64,000 bases of DNA from Myxococcota bacterium (GTDB lineage: Bacteria > Myxococcota_A > UBA9160 > PR03), in the NCBI GenBank assembly GCA_041611735.1, contig JBFIML010000019.1, positions 1,863-65,862 of the forward strand. The letters are read 5' to 3'. The first letter of the stretch is position 1; every line of letters starts with the position of its first letter. This document shows, piece after piece, positions 49,352 through 60,150 of this stretch. Under the pieces are notes generated by a model. It worked only from the letters and a program-made list of their open reading frames with translations, did not search any database and was not told where the DNA came from. Both the position numbers and the translations under genes were made by a program.

Positions 49352-50749
49352 GTGGCCCGTGCGGAACCCGAGCCCCTGGATCCCCGGCGCGCGCTTCCGG
49401 CGGTGGACGCGCTGGCGGCGGAGATCCGTGCCGCGGCGCCCGAGCTGCCCGCCTGGGTCTGCCGCGCTGCCGCCCGGGAGGCGGTGGGAGAGGCCCGCCA
49501 GGCCCTCGAACGCGGCCGGGAGGTCCCGGAGCCCCTGGCGGCCCGCGGCACCCGCCTCGCCGCGGCCCTGGCGCGTCCGCGGCCCGCGCGCGTGGTGAAC
49601 GCCACCGGGGTCGTGCTCCACACGAACCTCGGCCGCGCCCCCCTGGCCCCCGCCGCCAGCCGGGCTGCCGCCGAGGCCGGCGCCCGCTACACGGACCTCG
49701 AGCTCGGGGCGGACGAGCGGCGACGCGGCGATCGCCTGGCTGCCCTGGAGGCGCTGCTCGTGCAGCTCTCCGGGGCCGAGGCGGCCTTCGCTGTCAACAA
49801 CAACGCCGCCGCCCTGGTGCTGGCCGCCCACGCCCTGGCCCGCGACCGGGAGGTGGTGGTTTCGCGCGGCGAGCTGGTGGAGATCGGCGGCTCGTTCCGC
49901 CTGCCGGCAATGCTCGACGCCGCGGGCGTGCGGCTCGTGGAGGTGGGCACCACCAACCGGACCCACGCCGACGACTACCGGCGGGCGCTCGGCCCCCGCA
50001 CCGGGCTCCTGCTGAAGGTGCACCGCAGCAACTTCGAGCTGCGTGGCTACGTGGCGGAAGTCGGCGTGCAGGAGCTGGCCGGGATCGCCCGCGCGCACGC
50101 CGTGCCGTTGCTCGAGGATCTGGGCAGCGGGACGCTGCTGGACCTGCGGGCCTGGGGCCTGCCCGAGGCCTGCTGGGCGCCCGGACGCCTGCGCCTCGGG
50201 GCGGACCTCGTGTGCTTCTCGGGCGACAAGCTGTTGGGCGGGCCGCAGGCAGGGATCCTGCTGGGACGAAGCGAGTCGCTGGACGCCCTGCGCCGTGATC
50301 CGCTGGCCCGTGCCGTGCGCCTCGACAAGCTGGCCATCGCGGCGCTCGACGCGACGCTGCGCCTGCTGCTGGACGAGCAACCGGAGCGGAGCCTTCCGGT
50401 GCTGCGAGCCTTGACGGAGACGGCCCCGGCCGTCGAGGGCCGGGCCCGGCGCCTGGCCGAGCGGCTCGCCGCGGCTGCGGGGACCCGACTCGCGATCCGC
50501 GTGGAGCCGACGCGGGCTCCCGTCGGTGGAGGCTCGCTACCGGGCTTCGAGATCGACTCCTGGGCCGTCGCCCTGCGGCCCCCGGACGGCCCCGATGCCC
50601 TCGCCCGGCGCCTCCGGCGGGCCGCGGTGCCGGTGCTCGTGCGCGTGCGGGAGGACGCAGTCCTGCTCGACGCGCGCACGCTCCTGCCCGACGACGAGGA
50701 GGCACTCGAGGCGTCCCTGGGCGCCGCGCTGGCCGACGCTGCGGATTGA
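49352..50749 (+). CDS. selA: L-seryl-tRNA(Sec) selenium transferase
   Basis: 'VVNATGVVLHTNLGRAPL', 'AFAVNNNAAALVL', 'VVSRGELVEIGGSFRLP', 'KVHRSNF', 'FSGDKLLGGPQAGIL' (PLP Lys). GTG start. Confidence 0.9.
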   Translation: MARAEPEPLDPRRALPAVDALAAEIRAAAPELPAWVCRAAAREAVGEARQALERGREVPEPLAARGTRLAAALARPRPARVVNATGVVLHTNLGRAPLAPAASRAAAEAGARYTDLELGADERRRGDRLAALEALLVQLSGAEAAFAVNNNAAALVLAAHALARDREVVVSRGELVEIGGSFRLPAMLDAAGVRLVEVGTTNRTHADDYRRALGPRTGLLLKVHRSNFELRGYVAEVGVQELAGIARAHAVPLLEDLGSGTLLDLRAWGLPEACWAPGRLRLGADLVCFSGDKLLGGPQAGILLGRSESLDALRRDPLARAVRLDKLAIAALDATLRLLLDEQPERSLPVLRALTETAPAVEGRARRLAERLAAAAGTRLAIRVEPTRAPVGGGSLPGFEIDSWAVALRPPDGPDALARRLRRAAVPVLVRVREDAVLLDARTLLPDDEEALEASLGAALADAAD

Positions 50750-50792
50750 TCGCGGGAGGGGCTTCGGGTACCTTGGGAGCCGTTTTACGGCC

Positions 50793-51389
50793 ATGCTGAA
50801 CGCGAGCGTCCTGGTCCTGAACCGTTCCTACCTGCCGATCCACGTGACGCCGGTCCGGCGCGCCTTTTCCCTCGTGTTCCAGGGCGCTGCACGCATCGTG
50901 AACGAGGAGTATCGGACCTTCGACTTCGAGGAGTGGTGCGACCTCGCCATCGAGCAGGCCGAGGAGGCGATCGGGACCAGCCGGGGCCCGATCCGTGTTC
51001 CCCGCGTGATCCTGTTGAGCCACTTCGATCGCGTGCCCAGGCGCCACCTGCGCTTCAGCCGCGCCAACGTCTTGACGCGCGACGACTTCACCTGCCAGTA
51101 CTGCGGGGAGCGACGGGCGCGAGCGGAGCTCAACCTGGACCACGTGATTCCACGAGCCCTCGGCGGACGCAGTACCTGGGAGAACGTGGTGGCGAGCTGC
51201 GTGGACTGCAATCGACACAAGGGGGGACGCACCCCGGTGCAGGCGGGCTTGCGTCTGCGCCGCCGTCCCACGCGGCCGCGGTGGACGCCCCTCACCCACC
51301 TGGCCCCCTCGAGCCTGCGCCACCACCAGTGGCGACCGTTCCTGCACGTGGTGGTCGGCTCCCGGAGGGGATTCCGATACGCGACCTGA
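50793..51389 (+). CDS. HNH endonuclease family protein
   Basis: 'FTCQYCGERRARAELNLDHVIPRALGGRSTWENVVASCVDCNRHKG'. Confidence 0.85.
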   Translation: MLNASVLVLNRSYLPIHVTPVRRAFSLVFQGAARIVNEEYRTFDFEEWCDLAIEQAEEAIGTSRGPIRVPRVILLSHFDRVPRRHLRFSRANVLTRDDFTCQYCGERRARAELNLDHVIPRALGGRSTWENVVASCVDCNRHKGGRTPVQAGLRLRRRPTRPRWTPLTHLAPSSLRHHQWRPFLHVVVGSRRGFRYAT

Positions 51390-51423
51390 TCGACCACAGC
51401 GGAGTACAATCGACGCGGAAGAG

Positions 51424-52422
51424 ATGACCGAGGACAAGCGCACCCCCTTTGCCCCGGAACGAGTCGGCGCCGCCGCCCGCGGAGGCCCGCGCATGCTGGC
51501 CGTGGGCGGTGGCAAGGGAGGCGTGGGCAAGAGCTTCCTCACCGCCAACCTGGCCGTGTCCATCGCCCGCGAGGGGTTGCGGGTAGTGGCCGTCGACACC
51601 GACCTGGAGGGCGCCAACCTCCACACCTTCCTGGGCGTGCCGCGGCCTCGCGCGAGCCTGGCCGATTTCGTGGCCCGTCGCGAAAAGGACGTGGCCAAGC
51701 TCGCTGTCGACACCCCGGTGCGCAATCTCCAGCTGATCGCCGCCACCGACGCAAACCTCCACGACGCCCAGCCGCGGCCCTTGCTGCGGCTCAAGCTCAT
51801 GCATGCGCTGCGTCGACTCCAGGCCGACATCGTCCTGGTCGACCTCGGGGCGGGCACGCACGCGGCGGCCGTCGACTACTTCCTGATCGGGGACGACGGC
51901 ATCCTCGTGCTCGCCCCCGAGCCGATCTCCGTGGAGAACGCGTACGCTTTCCTGCGCGCCGCCTTCTACCGGCGCCTGCGCAGCGCCATGAAGGCTCCGG
52001 AGGTCTGCAGGGTGGTGAACCAGGCCATGGACCAGCGCAACGAGCGCGGCATCCGTACGCCGCTCGACCTGCTGCGTGAGATCCAGGGCATCGACCCGGA
52101 GGAGGGCAGGCGGTTCGTCGCCGTTACGCGAAGCTTCCGGCCGCGGCTCATCGTGAACGGCGTGCGCAGCGTCGAGGACATCCGCCTGGGCTTCACGGTG
52201 CGAAGCGTATGCCGCAAGTACTTCGGCCTGCAGGCCGAGTACCTGGGCTACGTGAACCAGGACGACGCCGTGCGCCAGGCGGTGCTGGCGCGGCGGCCCC
52301 TGGTGGACTCCCATCCCCGCTCCGATGCGGCGGTGTACCTGCGTCGCATCGCGCGCAAGCTGGTGGGTGAGCAGCGCCGGACGCTCCCCGCGGCCCGGCT
52401 CGCGGCGCGACCTCAGGCATGA
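51424..52422 (+). CDS. MinD/ParA-type P-loop ATPase
   Basis: Deviant Walker A 'GGGKGGVGKSFLTANLA'; also 'VVAVDTDLEGANLH' and 'IVLVDLGAG'. Confidence 0.85.
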   Translation: MTEDKRTPFAPERVGAAARGGPRMLAVGGGKGGVGKSFLTANLAVSIAREGLRVVAVDTDLEGANLHTFLGVPRPRASLADFVARREKDVAKLAVDTPVRNLQLIAATDANLHDAQPRPLLRLKLMHALRRLQADIVLVDLGAGTHAAAVDYFLIGDDGILVLAPEPISVENAYAFLRAAFYRRLRSAMKAPEVCRVVNQAMDQRNERGIRTPLDLLREIQGIDPEEGRRFVAVTRSFRPRLIVNGVRSVEDIRLGFTVRSVCRKYFGLQAEYLGYVNQDDAVRQAVLARRPLVDSHPRSDAAVYLRRIARKLVGEQRRTLPAARLAARPQA

Positions 52423-53087
52423 AGCCGCTCGCAGAGCTGGACCACTACGAACTCCTGGAGGTCGCTAGAGAGGCGACGCCCCAGGAGATCGAGCGGGCCT
52501 ATCGGGTGGTGCGGGACGCGTACGAGAGCGGGTCCCTCGGGACGTATTCGATCTTCACGCCCGACGACGCGGCCACGCTGCGCGAGCGGCTGGAGGTGGC
52601 CTACCGCGTGCTCGCGGATCCCGAGGCCCGCCGGCAGTACGATGCCACGCGCGACACGGAGCCGTCACAGGCGCCGCCGCCGCCCGGGGACGCCTCGGAC
52701 GCTCCCCGCTTGGGGGCTGCGGAAGCGCCGCCCCCGCAACCCGAGCCGGCGCGGCCGCCCCAGAACCCCCGCTTCGAGCTCTTCGACGAGAACGAGGACG
52801 GGCGCTCCGGCGCCGCCTGGGACGGGGCGCGTCTGCGCCGTTCGCGACTGCTGCGGGGCGTCGAGCTCGACCAGATCGCCCGCATCACGAAGATCAACCC
52901 CACCTACCTGCGCTTCCTCGAAGAGGAGCGCTTCGCGGATCTTCCGGCGTCGGTCTACGTGCGGGGCTTCGTGACCGCCTACGCGCGCACTCTCGGGCTC
53001 GATCCGGCTTCCATCGCCAGCAGCTACATGCGGCGTTTCGAGACACGCCGCCAGACGCCCCGCCTCCGCCCGTCCGTCGACGGGTGA
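52419..53087 (+). CDS. J-domain-like + RodZ-type HTH protein
   Basis: ATGA overlap with the ATPase gene. 'DHYELLEVAREATPQEIERAYR...YRVLADPEARRQYD', a Pro-rich linker, then 'LDQIARITKINPTYLRFLEEERFADLP..VYVRGFV'. Confidence 0.7.
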   Translation: MKPLAELDHYELLEVAREATPQEIERAYRVVRDAYESGSLGTYSIFTPDDAATLRERLEVAYRVLADPEARRQYDATRDTEPSQAPPPPGDASDAPRLGAAEAPPPQPEPARPPQNPRFELFDENEDGRSGAAWDGARLRRSRLLRGVELDQIARITKINPTYLRFLEEERFADLPASVYVRGFVTAYARTLGLDPASIASSYMRRFETRRQTPRLRPSVDG

Positions 53088-54019
53088 GCGACGCGCTTCG
53101 CTTCGTGGTGGGGGAAGCCGAGGACGGGCACCGCCTGGACGTGGCCCTCGCCGCCCTGGCGGGGGTGCCGCGCGCCCAGGCCCGCCGCTGGATCGACGCC
53201 GGTCGCGTGCGGCTGGAGGGAGCGCCGGCGCGCCCCGCACAGGGGGTGCGCGCCGGCCAGACGCTCGAGGCCGAGCCCACCGAGCCGGTGGCCTGCGAGC
53301 TGCGCGCCGAGGCGATCCCGCTCGCCGTGCTCCACGAGGACGGGGACTTGATCGTCGTCGACAAGCCCGCAGGGCTGGTGGTGCACCCCGCTCCCGGACA
53401 CCCGACCGGAACCCTGGTGAACGCCCTGCTCCATCACTGCGGCGACCTGGCCGGCGTGGGCGGGGTGCTGCGGCCCGGCATCGTGCACCGCCTGGACCGC
53501 GGCACCTCGGGGGTGCTGGTTGCGGCCAAGCACGACGACGCCCACCGGTCGCTGGCGGCCCAGTTCCATGACCACCGCGTGGAGCGCGTCTACCTCGCCC
53601 TGGTGCGGGGCGTCCCCGGCACGCAGGACGGGCGGGTGGAGCGCCCGGTGGGTCGTCATCCGCGCGATCGCAAACGCATGAGCATCAGGAGCGCGGCGGG
53701 ACGCCGGGCGGCCACCGTCTGGCGCGTGCGGCGGCGCTTCGCCCGAGCCGGTCTCTCGTGCCTGGAGGTGCGGCCGGAGACCGGCCGCACCCACCAGATC
53801 CGCGTGCACCTGGCCTCGGCGGGCCTGCCGGTGGCGGGGGATCCGGTCTACGGCCGGGCCCGGCGCGAGATTCCGGGGCTCGCGCGCCCGGCCCTGCACG
53901 CCGCCGTGCTCGGCTTCGAGCACCCGCGCAGCGGTCGCTGGATGCGGTTCGAGGCGCCCCTCCCGGACGATCTGCGCGGGGTGGTCGCCGCCCTGGAGCG
54001 GCAAGAGGCGGCGGGGTGA
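53084..54019 (+). CDS. rluD: RluA-family 23S rRNA pseudouridine synthase (RluD-like)
   Basis: S4-like N-terminus; 'LIVVDKPAGLVVHP' and 'GIVHRLDRGTSGVLVAAK'. GTGA overlap with the upstream gene. Confidence 0.9.
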   Translation: MSDALRFVVGEAEDGHRLDVALAALAGVPRAQARRWIDAGRVRLEGAPARPAQGVRAGQTLEAEPTEPVACELRAEAIPLAVLHEDGDLIVVDKPAGLVVHPAPGHPTGTLVNALLHHCGDLAGVGGVLRPGIVHRLDRGTSGVLVAAKHDDAHRSLAAQFHDHRVERVYLALVRGVPGTQDGRVERPVGRHPRDRKRMSIRSAAGRRAATVWRVRRRFARAGLSCLEVRPETGRTHQIRVHLASAGLPVAGDPVYGRARREIPGLARPALHAAVLGFEHPRSGRWMRFEAPLPDDLRGVVAALERQEAAG

Positions 54020-54711
54020 CCGGCGGCTTTCTCCGCCACCCGCTGCTCGAGGGGTGCGGGGTGGAGCACGGCTTCGGCGTGCGCGGAGCGCCCGAGCCGC
54101 CGGGGCTGCGGCGTCCCCGGCAGGTGCACGGCGCCAAGGTGGCCCGCATCGATGCCCGCGGGGCCCGGGGCCTCGAGGCGGCGGACGCGGTGATCTCGGA
54201 CGTGCCCCACGTCCCGATCGGCGTGCAGACGGCCGACTGCGTGCCCGTGCTGCTCGCGACCCCCAGCGGTCGTACGGTGGCGGCCGTGCACGCGGGCTGG
54301 CGTGGGCTCGCACACGGGGTGATCACCGCGGCGCTGTGCGCACTGGCGGAGGCGACCTCCGAAGCGGCCGAGGCCGTGGCGGTGGTCGGACCCCACGTGG
54401 GACGCTGCTGCTACGAGGTGGACGGGCCCGTGGTGGAGGCGCTGGCCCCGCGCTTCGGCGCTGCTCTCGACGCGGTGCGGCAAGCCGTGCGGCCGGGGCA
54501 CTGGATGCTGGACCTCGGCGCGGCGGTCCGCTTCGAGCTCGAGCGTGCGGGTTTCGCGGCAGAGCGGATTGCCGCCTTGGGCGGCACGTGCACCGCCTGT
54601 GACGCGCAGCGTTTCCACTCCTACCGCCGGGACGGTCCGCGCGCGGGGCGCCTGGTGCACTTCGTGGCGGCCCGGCCTGGGGGTCTTGACACCGCCAGAG
54701 GGGCGACTTAG
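54016..54711 (+). CDS. pgeF: YfiH/PgeF-type purine nucleoside phosphorylase / peptidoglycan editing factor family protein
   Basis: 'VQTADCVPVLL...AAVHAGWRG', 'GPHVGRCCYEV', 'CTACDAQRFHSYRRDG'. Confidence 0.85.
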   Translation: MTGGFLRHPLLEGCGVEHGFGVRGAPEPPGLRRPRQVHGAKVARIDARGARGLEAADAVISDVPHVPIGVQTADCVPVLLATPSGRTVAAVHAGWRGLAHGVITAALCALAEATSEAAEAVAVVGPHVGRCCYEVDGPVVEALAPRFGAALDAVRQAVRPGHWMLDLGAAVRFELERAGFAAERIAALGGTCTACDAQRFHSYRRDGPRAGRLVHFVAARPGGLDTARGAT

Positions 54712-54871
54712 TGTTGCGCTCCGCAGGCCACCGGCGCCGGCACCGGCAGAGCACTCGATCCTGCCGCGAAGCTGCCGGAACGGTTGCAGGGCGTCGCCGG
54801 GGCCGCTCCCCGGGCCTCCAGCCAGGAACTCCAGAAACGGACTCCCGGAAACCCGCCCCCCAGTACACAGG

Positions 54872-54892
54872 CAACTTTTTCGTCAACTTTTT
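54872..54892 (+). repeat. tandem CAACTTTTT direct repeat (12-nt register) in the rho upstream region
   Basis: ggCAACTTTTTcgtCAACTTTTTggg. These are the only T5 runs I noticed in this part of the window, and they lie 164 nt upstream of the rho start. Confidence 0.5.
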
Positions 54893-55055
54893 GGGCTGAA
54901 GTTCCGAACCAGAAAGAGAGCCACGCCCATCGCATCCCCACGGCGCTCACCGCTCGACCTTCGGGGACCGCGCCGCCGCCCCGCCCGGGCGGAACGCCAC
55001 GAGCCTCACCGCCGGTCACACTCAACCCAACCACCAGCCACGCGAGACACGAACC

Positions 55056-56495
55056 GTGAGCATCGACCGACCGACCGAGACCAACATGCCCCAGGGAAAT
55101 CGCGGATCCCGGCGCGGCCGACGCCGCTCGCGGGGCGGCAATGGCGGCGGAAACCGGGGCCGCGGATCGGGGCGCGAGATCCTCGACGTCGCCAACGAGC
55201 TGACCGAGGAGGACCTCCTCGAGACGGGCGAAGACTCCGGAGAGCGCCTGAACGTGAGCGACCTCAAGCAGAAGTCCATGGAGGAGCTCACCGAGATGGC
55301 CGAGGGCCTGCAGGTCGAGAACGCTGCCGGCCTGCGCAAGCAGGACCTCATGTTCGCCATCCTGAAGGCCACCACCGAGAACCGGGGCAAGATCTTTGCC
55401 GAGGGCGTGCTCGAGACGCTGCCCGACGGCTTTGGCTTCCTGCGCTCGCCGGATCAGAGCTATCTGGCCGGTCCCGACGACATCTACGTCTCCCCGTCGC
55501 AGATCCGTCGCTTCGGGCTTCGAACCGGCGACACCATCTCGGGCCAGATCCGGCCGCCCAAGGAGGGCGAGCGGTACTTCGCACTCCTCAAGGTGGAATC
55601 GATCAACTTCGAGGAGCCCGAGAAGGCCCGCCACAAGATCCTCTTCGACAACCTGACCCCGCTCTACCCGGAGGAGAAGTTCAACCTCGAAGCCAAGTCC
55701 GGCGGTCTCACCACGCGCATCATCGATCTCATCGCGCCGATCGGGAAGGGCCAGCGGGCACTCATCACGTCACCGCCCAAGGCGGGCAAGACGATGATCC
55801 TGAAGGACATCGCCAACTCCATCGCCGAGAACCATCCGGAGGCCTACCTGATCGTGCTGCTCATCGACGAGCGGCCCGAGGAGGTCACCGACATGCAGCG
55901 CAACGTGAAGGCCGAGGTGATCTCCTCGACGTTCGACGAGCCCGCCACCCGGCACGTCCAGGTGGCCGAGATGGTGATCGACAAGGCCAAGCGCCTGGTG
56001 GAGCACAAGCGCGACGTGGTGATCCTGCTCGACTCGATCACGCGGCTGGCGCGCGCCCACAATACGGTCGTGCCGCACTCGGGCAAGATCCTCTCGGGCG
56101 GTGTGGACTCGAATGCGTTGCACAAGCCGAAGCGCTTCTTCGGAGCCGCCCGCAACGTGGAAGAAGGCGGAAGCCTCACCATCATCGGCACCGCGCTGAT
56201 CGACACCGGCTCCCGGATGGACGAGGTGATCTTCGAGGAGTTCAAGGGCACCGGCAACAGCGAGCTCGTGCTCGACCGCAAGCTGGCGGATCGGCGCACC
56301 TACCCGGCCATCGACATCAACCGGTCGGCGACGCGTCGCGAGGAGCTGCTGTTGCTCGAATCGACGCTGAACCGCATGTACGTGCTGCGCAAGGTGCTGG
56401 CGCCGCTCAACCCGGTGGATTCGATGGAGTTCCTGCTGGAGAAGGTCAAGGCCACGGACTCGAACGACGAGTTCCTGGCCTCCATGAACTCCTAG
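55056..56495 (+). CDS. rho: transcription termination factor Rho with an Arg/Gly-rich N-terminal extension
   Basis: '[11 protein letters not shown]...[16 protein letters not shown]', Walker A '[10 protein letters not shown]', '[10 protein letters not shown]', '[12 protein letters not shown]'. GTG at 55056, or ATG at 55086. Confidence 0.95.
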   Translation: MSIDRPTETNMPQGNRGSRRGRRRSRGGNGGGNRGRGSGREILDVANELTEEDLLETGEDSGERLNVSDLKQKSMEELTEMAEGLQVENAAGLRKQDLMFAILKATTENRGKIFAEGVLETLPDGFGFLRSPDQSYLAGPDDIYVSPSQIRRFGLRTGDTISGQIRPPKEGERYFALLKVESINFEEPEKARHKILFDNLTPLYPEEKFNLEAKSGGLTTRIIDLIAPIGKGQRALITSPPKAGKTMILKDIANSIAENHPEAYLIVLLIDERPEEVTDMQRNVKAEVISSTFDEPATRHVQVAEMVIDKAKRLVEHKRDVVILLDSITRLARAHNTVVPHSGKILSGGVDSNALHKPKRFFGAARNVEEGGSLTIIGTALIDTGSRMDEVIFEEFKGTGNSELVLDRKLADRRTYPAIDINRSATRREELLLLESTLNRMYVLRKVLAPLNPVDSMEFLLEKVKATDSNDEFLASMNS

Positions 56496-56568
56496 GACCG
56501 GGGAGGCGCCGCCCCCCCGCCCGCCTCGTTGCGGGGAGGCATGCGAGCGGCTACTCCTCTCGCCAGCC

Positions 56569-56778
56569 ATGAAGCCCGAGATCCATCCCCAGTACGGACC
56601 GGCGAAGGTGCACTGCGCCTGCGGGGCGCAGTGGGAGACGCGATCCACCAAACCGGAGATCCGGACCGAGGTCTGCTCCAACTGCCACCCGTTCTACACG
56701 GGGCGGCAGTCGATGGTGCACACGGCGGGCTCCGTGGAGCGCTTCAAGCGGCGCTACGGGAAGCAGGGCAGCTCGTAG
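56569..56778 (+). CDS. rpmE: 50S ribosomal protein L31 (Cys-containing, zinc-ribbon type)
   Basis: 'MKPEIHPQY...CACG...CSNCHPFYTG'. Confidence 0.95.
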   Translation: MKPEIHPQYGPAKVHCACGAQWETRSTKPEIRTEVCSNCHPFYTGRQSMVHTAGSVERFKRRYGKQGSS

Positions 56779-56842
56779 ACCGCCTTCCCCCGCGGGAACT
56801 CCCCGCATCGGCATCCCCCTCCCCCCGGCCCCGGTCGAGCCG

Positions 56843-56867
56843 CCCCGGGCGCCCCAGGCGTCCGGGG
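56843..56867 (+). terminator. GC hairpin downstream of rpmE
   Basis: CCCCGGGCGCC-cca-GGCGTCCGGGG forms an 11-bp stem with one G-U pair. There is no U-tract. Confidence 0.35.
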
Positions 56868-56940
56868 TGGGTGCAAAGGGAGACGCTGGCCGCCCGGTCC
56901 GGGGCGGGACGGACGCCGTGGTACCGTGACGACGCAACCC

Positions 56941-58017
56941 ATGTCCGAGCTGCTGGCGCGCATCGGAGAGACCGAGAGCCGAGCCCGTGCCCTGGAGGAG
57001 GCGCTCGCGGAGCCGGGCCTCGCCTCGCGTCCGTCCGAGTACGCGGCCCGGGCCAAGGAGCTCAGCGCCCTGCGGCCGCTGCTCGAGGTCGGGCGCCGCT
57101 ACCGGCGCGCGCTCCAGGAGCTGGCGGACGCCCGCGGGATGCTCGAGGAGCCGGACCCGGAGCTGCGCGCCCTCGCCCAGGCCGAGGTGGAGCGGCTCGA
57201 GGCGCAGCAGGACAAGCTCGAGCGCGAGCTCCGGCTGCTGCTGGTTCCCCCCGATCCCTACGACGACAAGAACGTGATCCTCGAGATCCGCGCCGGGGCC
57301 GGGGGCGAGGAGGCGGCGCTGTTCGCCGCCGAGCTCTTCCGCATGTACACACGCTACGCGGAGCTGCGCGGGTGGCGGATGGAGCCGCTCTCGCTCTCCT
57401 ACGCCGGCGCCGGCGGCCTCAAGGAGGCGATCGCCTCGATCAGCGGCGAGCGCGTCTTCAGCCGCCTCAAGTTCGAACGCGGAGTCCATCGGGTGCAACG
57501 GGTTCCGGTCACCGAGTCCGCGGGCCGCATCCACACCTCGACCATCACCGTCGCGGTGCTCCCCGAGGCGGAGGAGGTCGACGTGCGCATCGACGCCAAG
57601 GACCTGCGCGTCGACGTGATGCGCGCCTCCGGTCCGGGCGGACAGAGCGTAAACACCACCGACTCCGCGGTGCGCATCACCCACGTGCCGAGCGGGATCG
57701 TCGTGCACTGCCAGGACGAGAAGTCCCAGCACAAGAACAAGGCACGCGCCATGAAGATCCTGCGGGCGCGTCTGCTCCAGATGGAGCAGGACCGACTGGC
57801 GCGGGAGCGTGCCCACGAGCGTCGCTCCCAGGTGGGCACCGGCGAACGCAGCGAGCGCATCCGGACCTACAACTTCCCCCAGTCCCGGGTCACGGACCAC
57901 CGGGCGGGCGTGACCCTGCACCGGCTGCCCGCCATCCTGGAAGGGGAGGTGGACGAGCTGCTGGACGCCGTGCACGTGTACATGGCCGGAGAGACCGCGC
58001 GAGAGGCGGGCGCATGA
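56941..58017 (+). CDS. prfA: peptide chain release factor 1
   Basis: 'PAT'-type RF1 region, and '[25 protein letters not shown]' (GGQ). ATG at 56941 is preferred over GTG at 56926. Confidence 0.95.
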   Translation: MSELLARIGETESRARALEEALAEPGLASRPSEYAARAKELSALRPLLEVGRRYRRALQELADARGMLEEPDPELRALAQAEVERLEAQQDKLERELRLLLVPPDPYDDKNVILEIRAGAGGEEAALFAAELFRMYTRYAELRGWRMEPLSLSYAGAGGLKEAIASISGERVFSRLKFERGVHRVQRVPVTESAGRIHTSTITVAVLPEAEEVDVRIDAKDLRVDVMRASGPGGQSVNTTDSAVRITHVPSGIVVHCQDEKSQHKNKARAMKILRARLLQMEQDRLARERAHERRSQVGTGERSERIRTYNFPQSRVTDHRAGVTLHRLPAILEGEVDELLDAVHVYMAGETAREAGA

Positions 58018-58888
58018 ACAGCGTCCGCACCTGGACGGTGCTCGACCTGCTGCGCTGGACGACCGGCTACTTCGAGCGCAAGGGCCTCGAAACGCCGCGT
58101 CTCGACGCCGAGTGCCTGCTCGCCTTTGCCCTGGGTTGCGATCGACTGCGGCTCTACGTGGATTACGACAAGCCGGTGGAGGAGCTCGAGCGGGCGCGCC
58201 TGCGGGAGCTCGTACGGCGGCGTGCCGAGGAGCGCATCCCGGTGGCGCAGCTCCTGGGCCGTCGCGAGTTCTGGTCGCTCCCCCTCACCGTGACCCGCGA
58301 CGTCCTGGCCCCCCGCCCGGAGACCGAGACGCTGGTGGCCGCGGCCCTGGACCGCACGCCCCGGCGCGACGCGGAGCTGCGCGTCCTGGATGTCGGGACG
58401 GGCTCCGGGGCGGTGGCGCTCGCCATCGCCCACGAACGTCCCAGGGCCCGGATGACCGCCACCGACGTCTCGGCGGCAGCTCTCGCCGTGGCGCGCAAGA
58501 ACGCCGAGGCCCTGGGCCTGGCGGACCGGGTCCGGCTCCTGGCCGGCCCGCTGTTCGAGCCGGTGGCGGGCGAGCGCTTCGATCTCGTGGTCTCGAACCC
58601 GCCCTACCTGGCGGAGCGCGAAGCGGCAAGGCTTCCGCCCGAGCTGGCCCACGAGCCGCGCGAAGCGCTGTTTGGCGGCCCGGACGGCTGTGCGGTCCTG
58701 CGTGATCTGGCCGCGGGCGTCGCGGACGCCCTGGCGCCGGGGGGAGCGGTGGCCGTGGAGGTGGATCCTTCCCAGGCGCCCCGGGTCGCGGAGTGGTTCA
58801 CGCAGGCGGGGCTCGTGGACGTCTGCGTGCACCGCGACCTGGCACGGCGCCCGCGGGTGGTCTCGGCCCGTTCTCCGGGAGGCTCGTG

Positions 58889-58889
<1 letters not shown>
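58014..58889 (+). CDS. prmC: release-factor glutamine N5-methyltransferase PrmC/HemK
   Basis: ATGA overlap with prfA. '[13 protein letters not shown]' and 'LVVSNPPY'. Confidence 0.9.
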
Positions 58890-60148
<1,259 letters not shown>

Positions 60149-60150
60149 TC

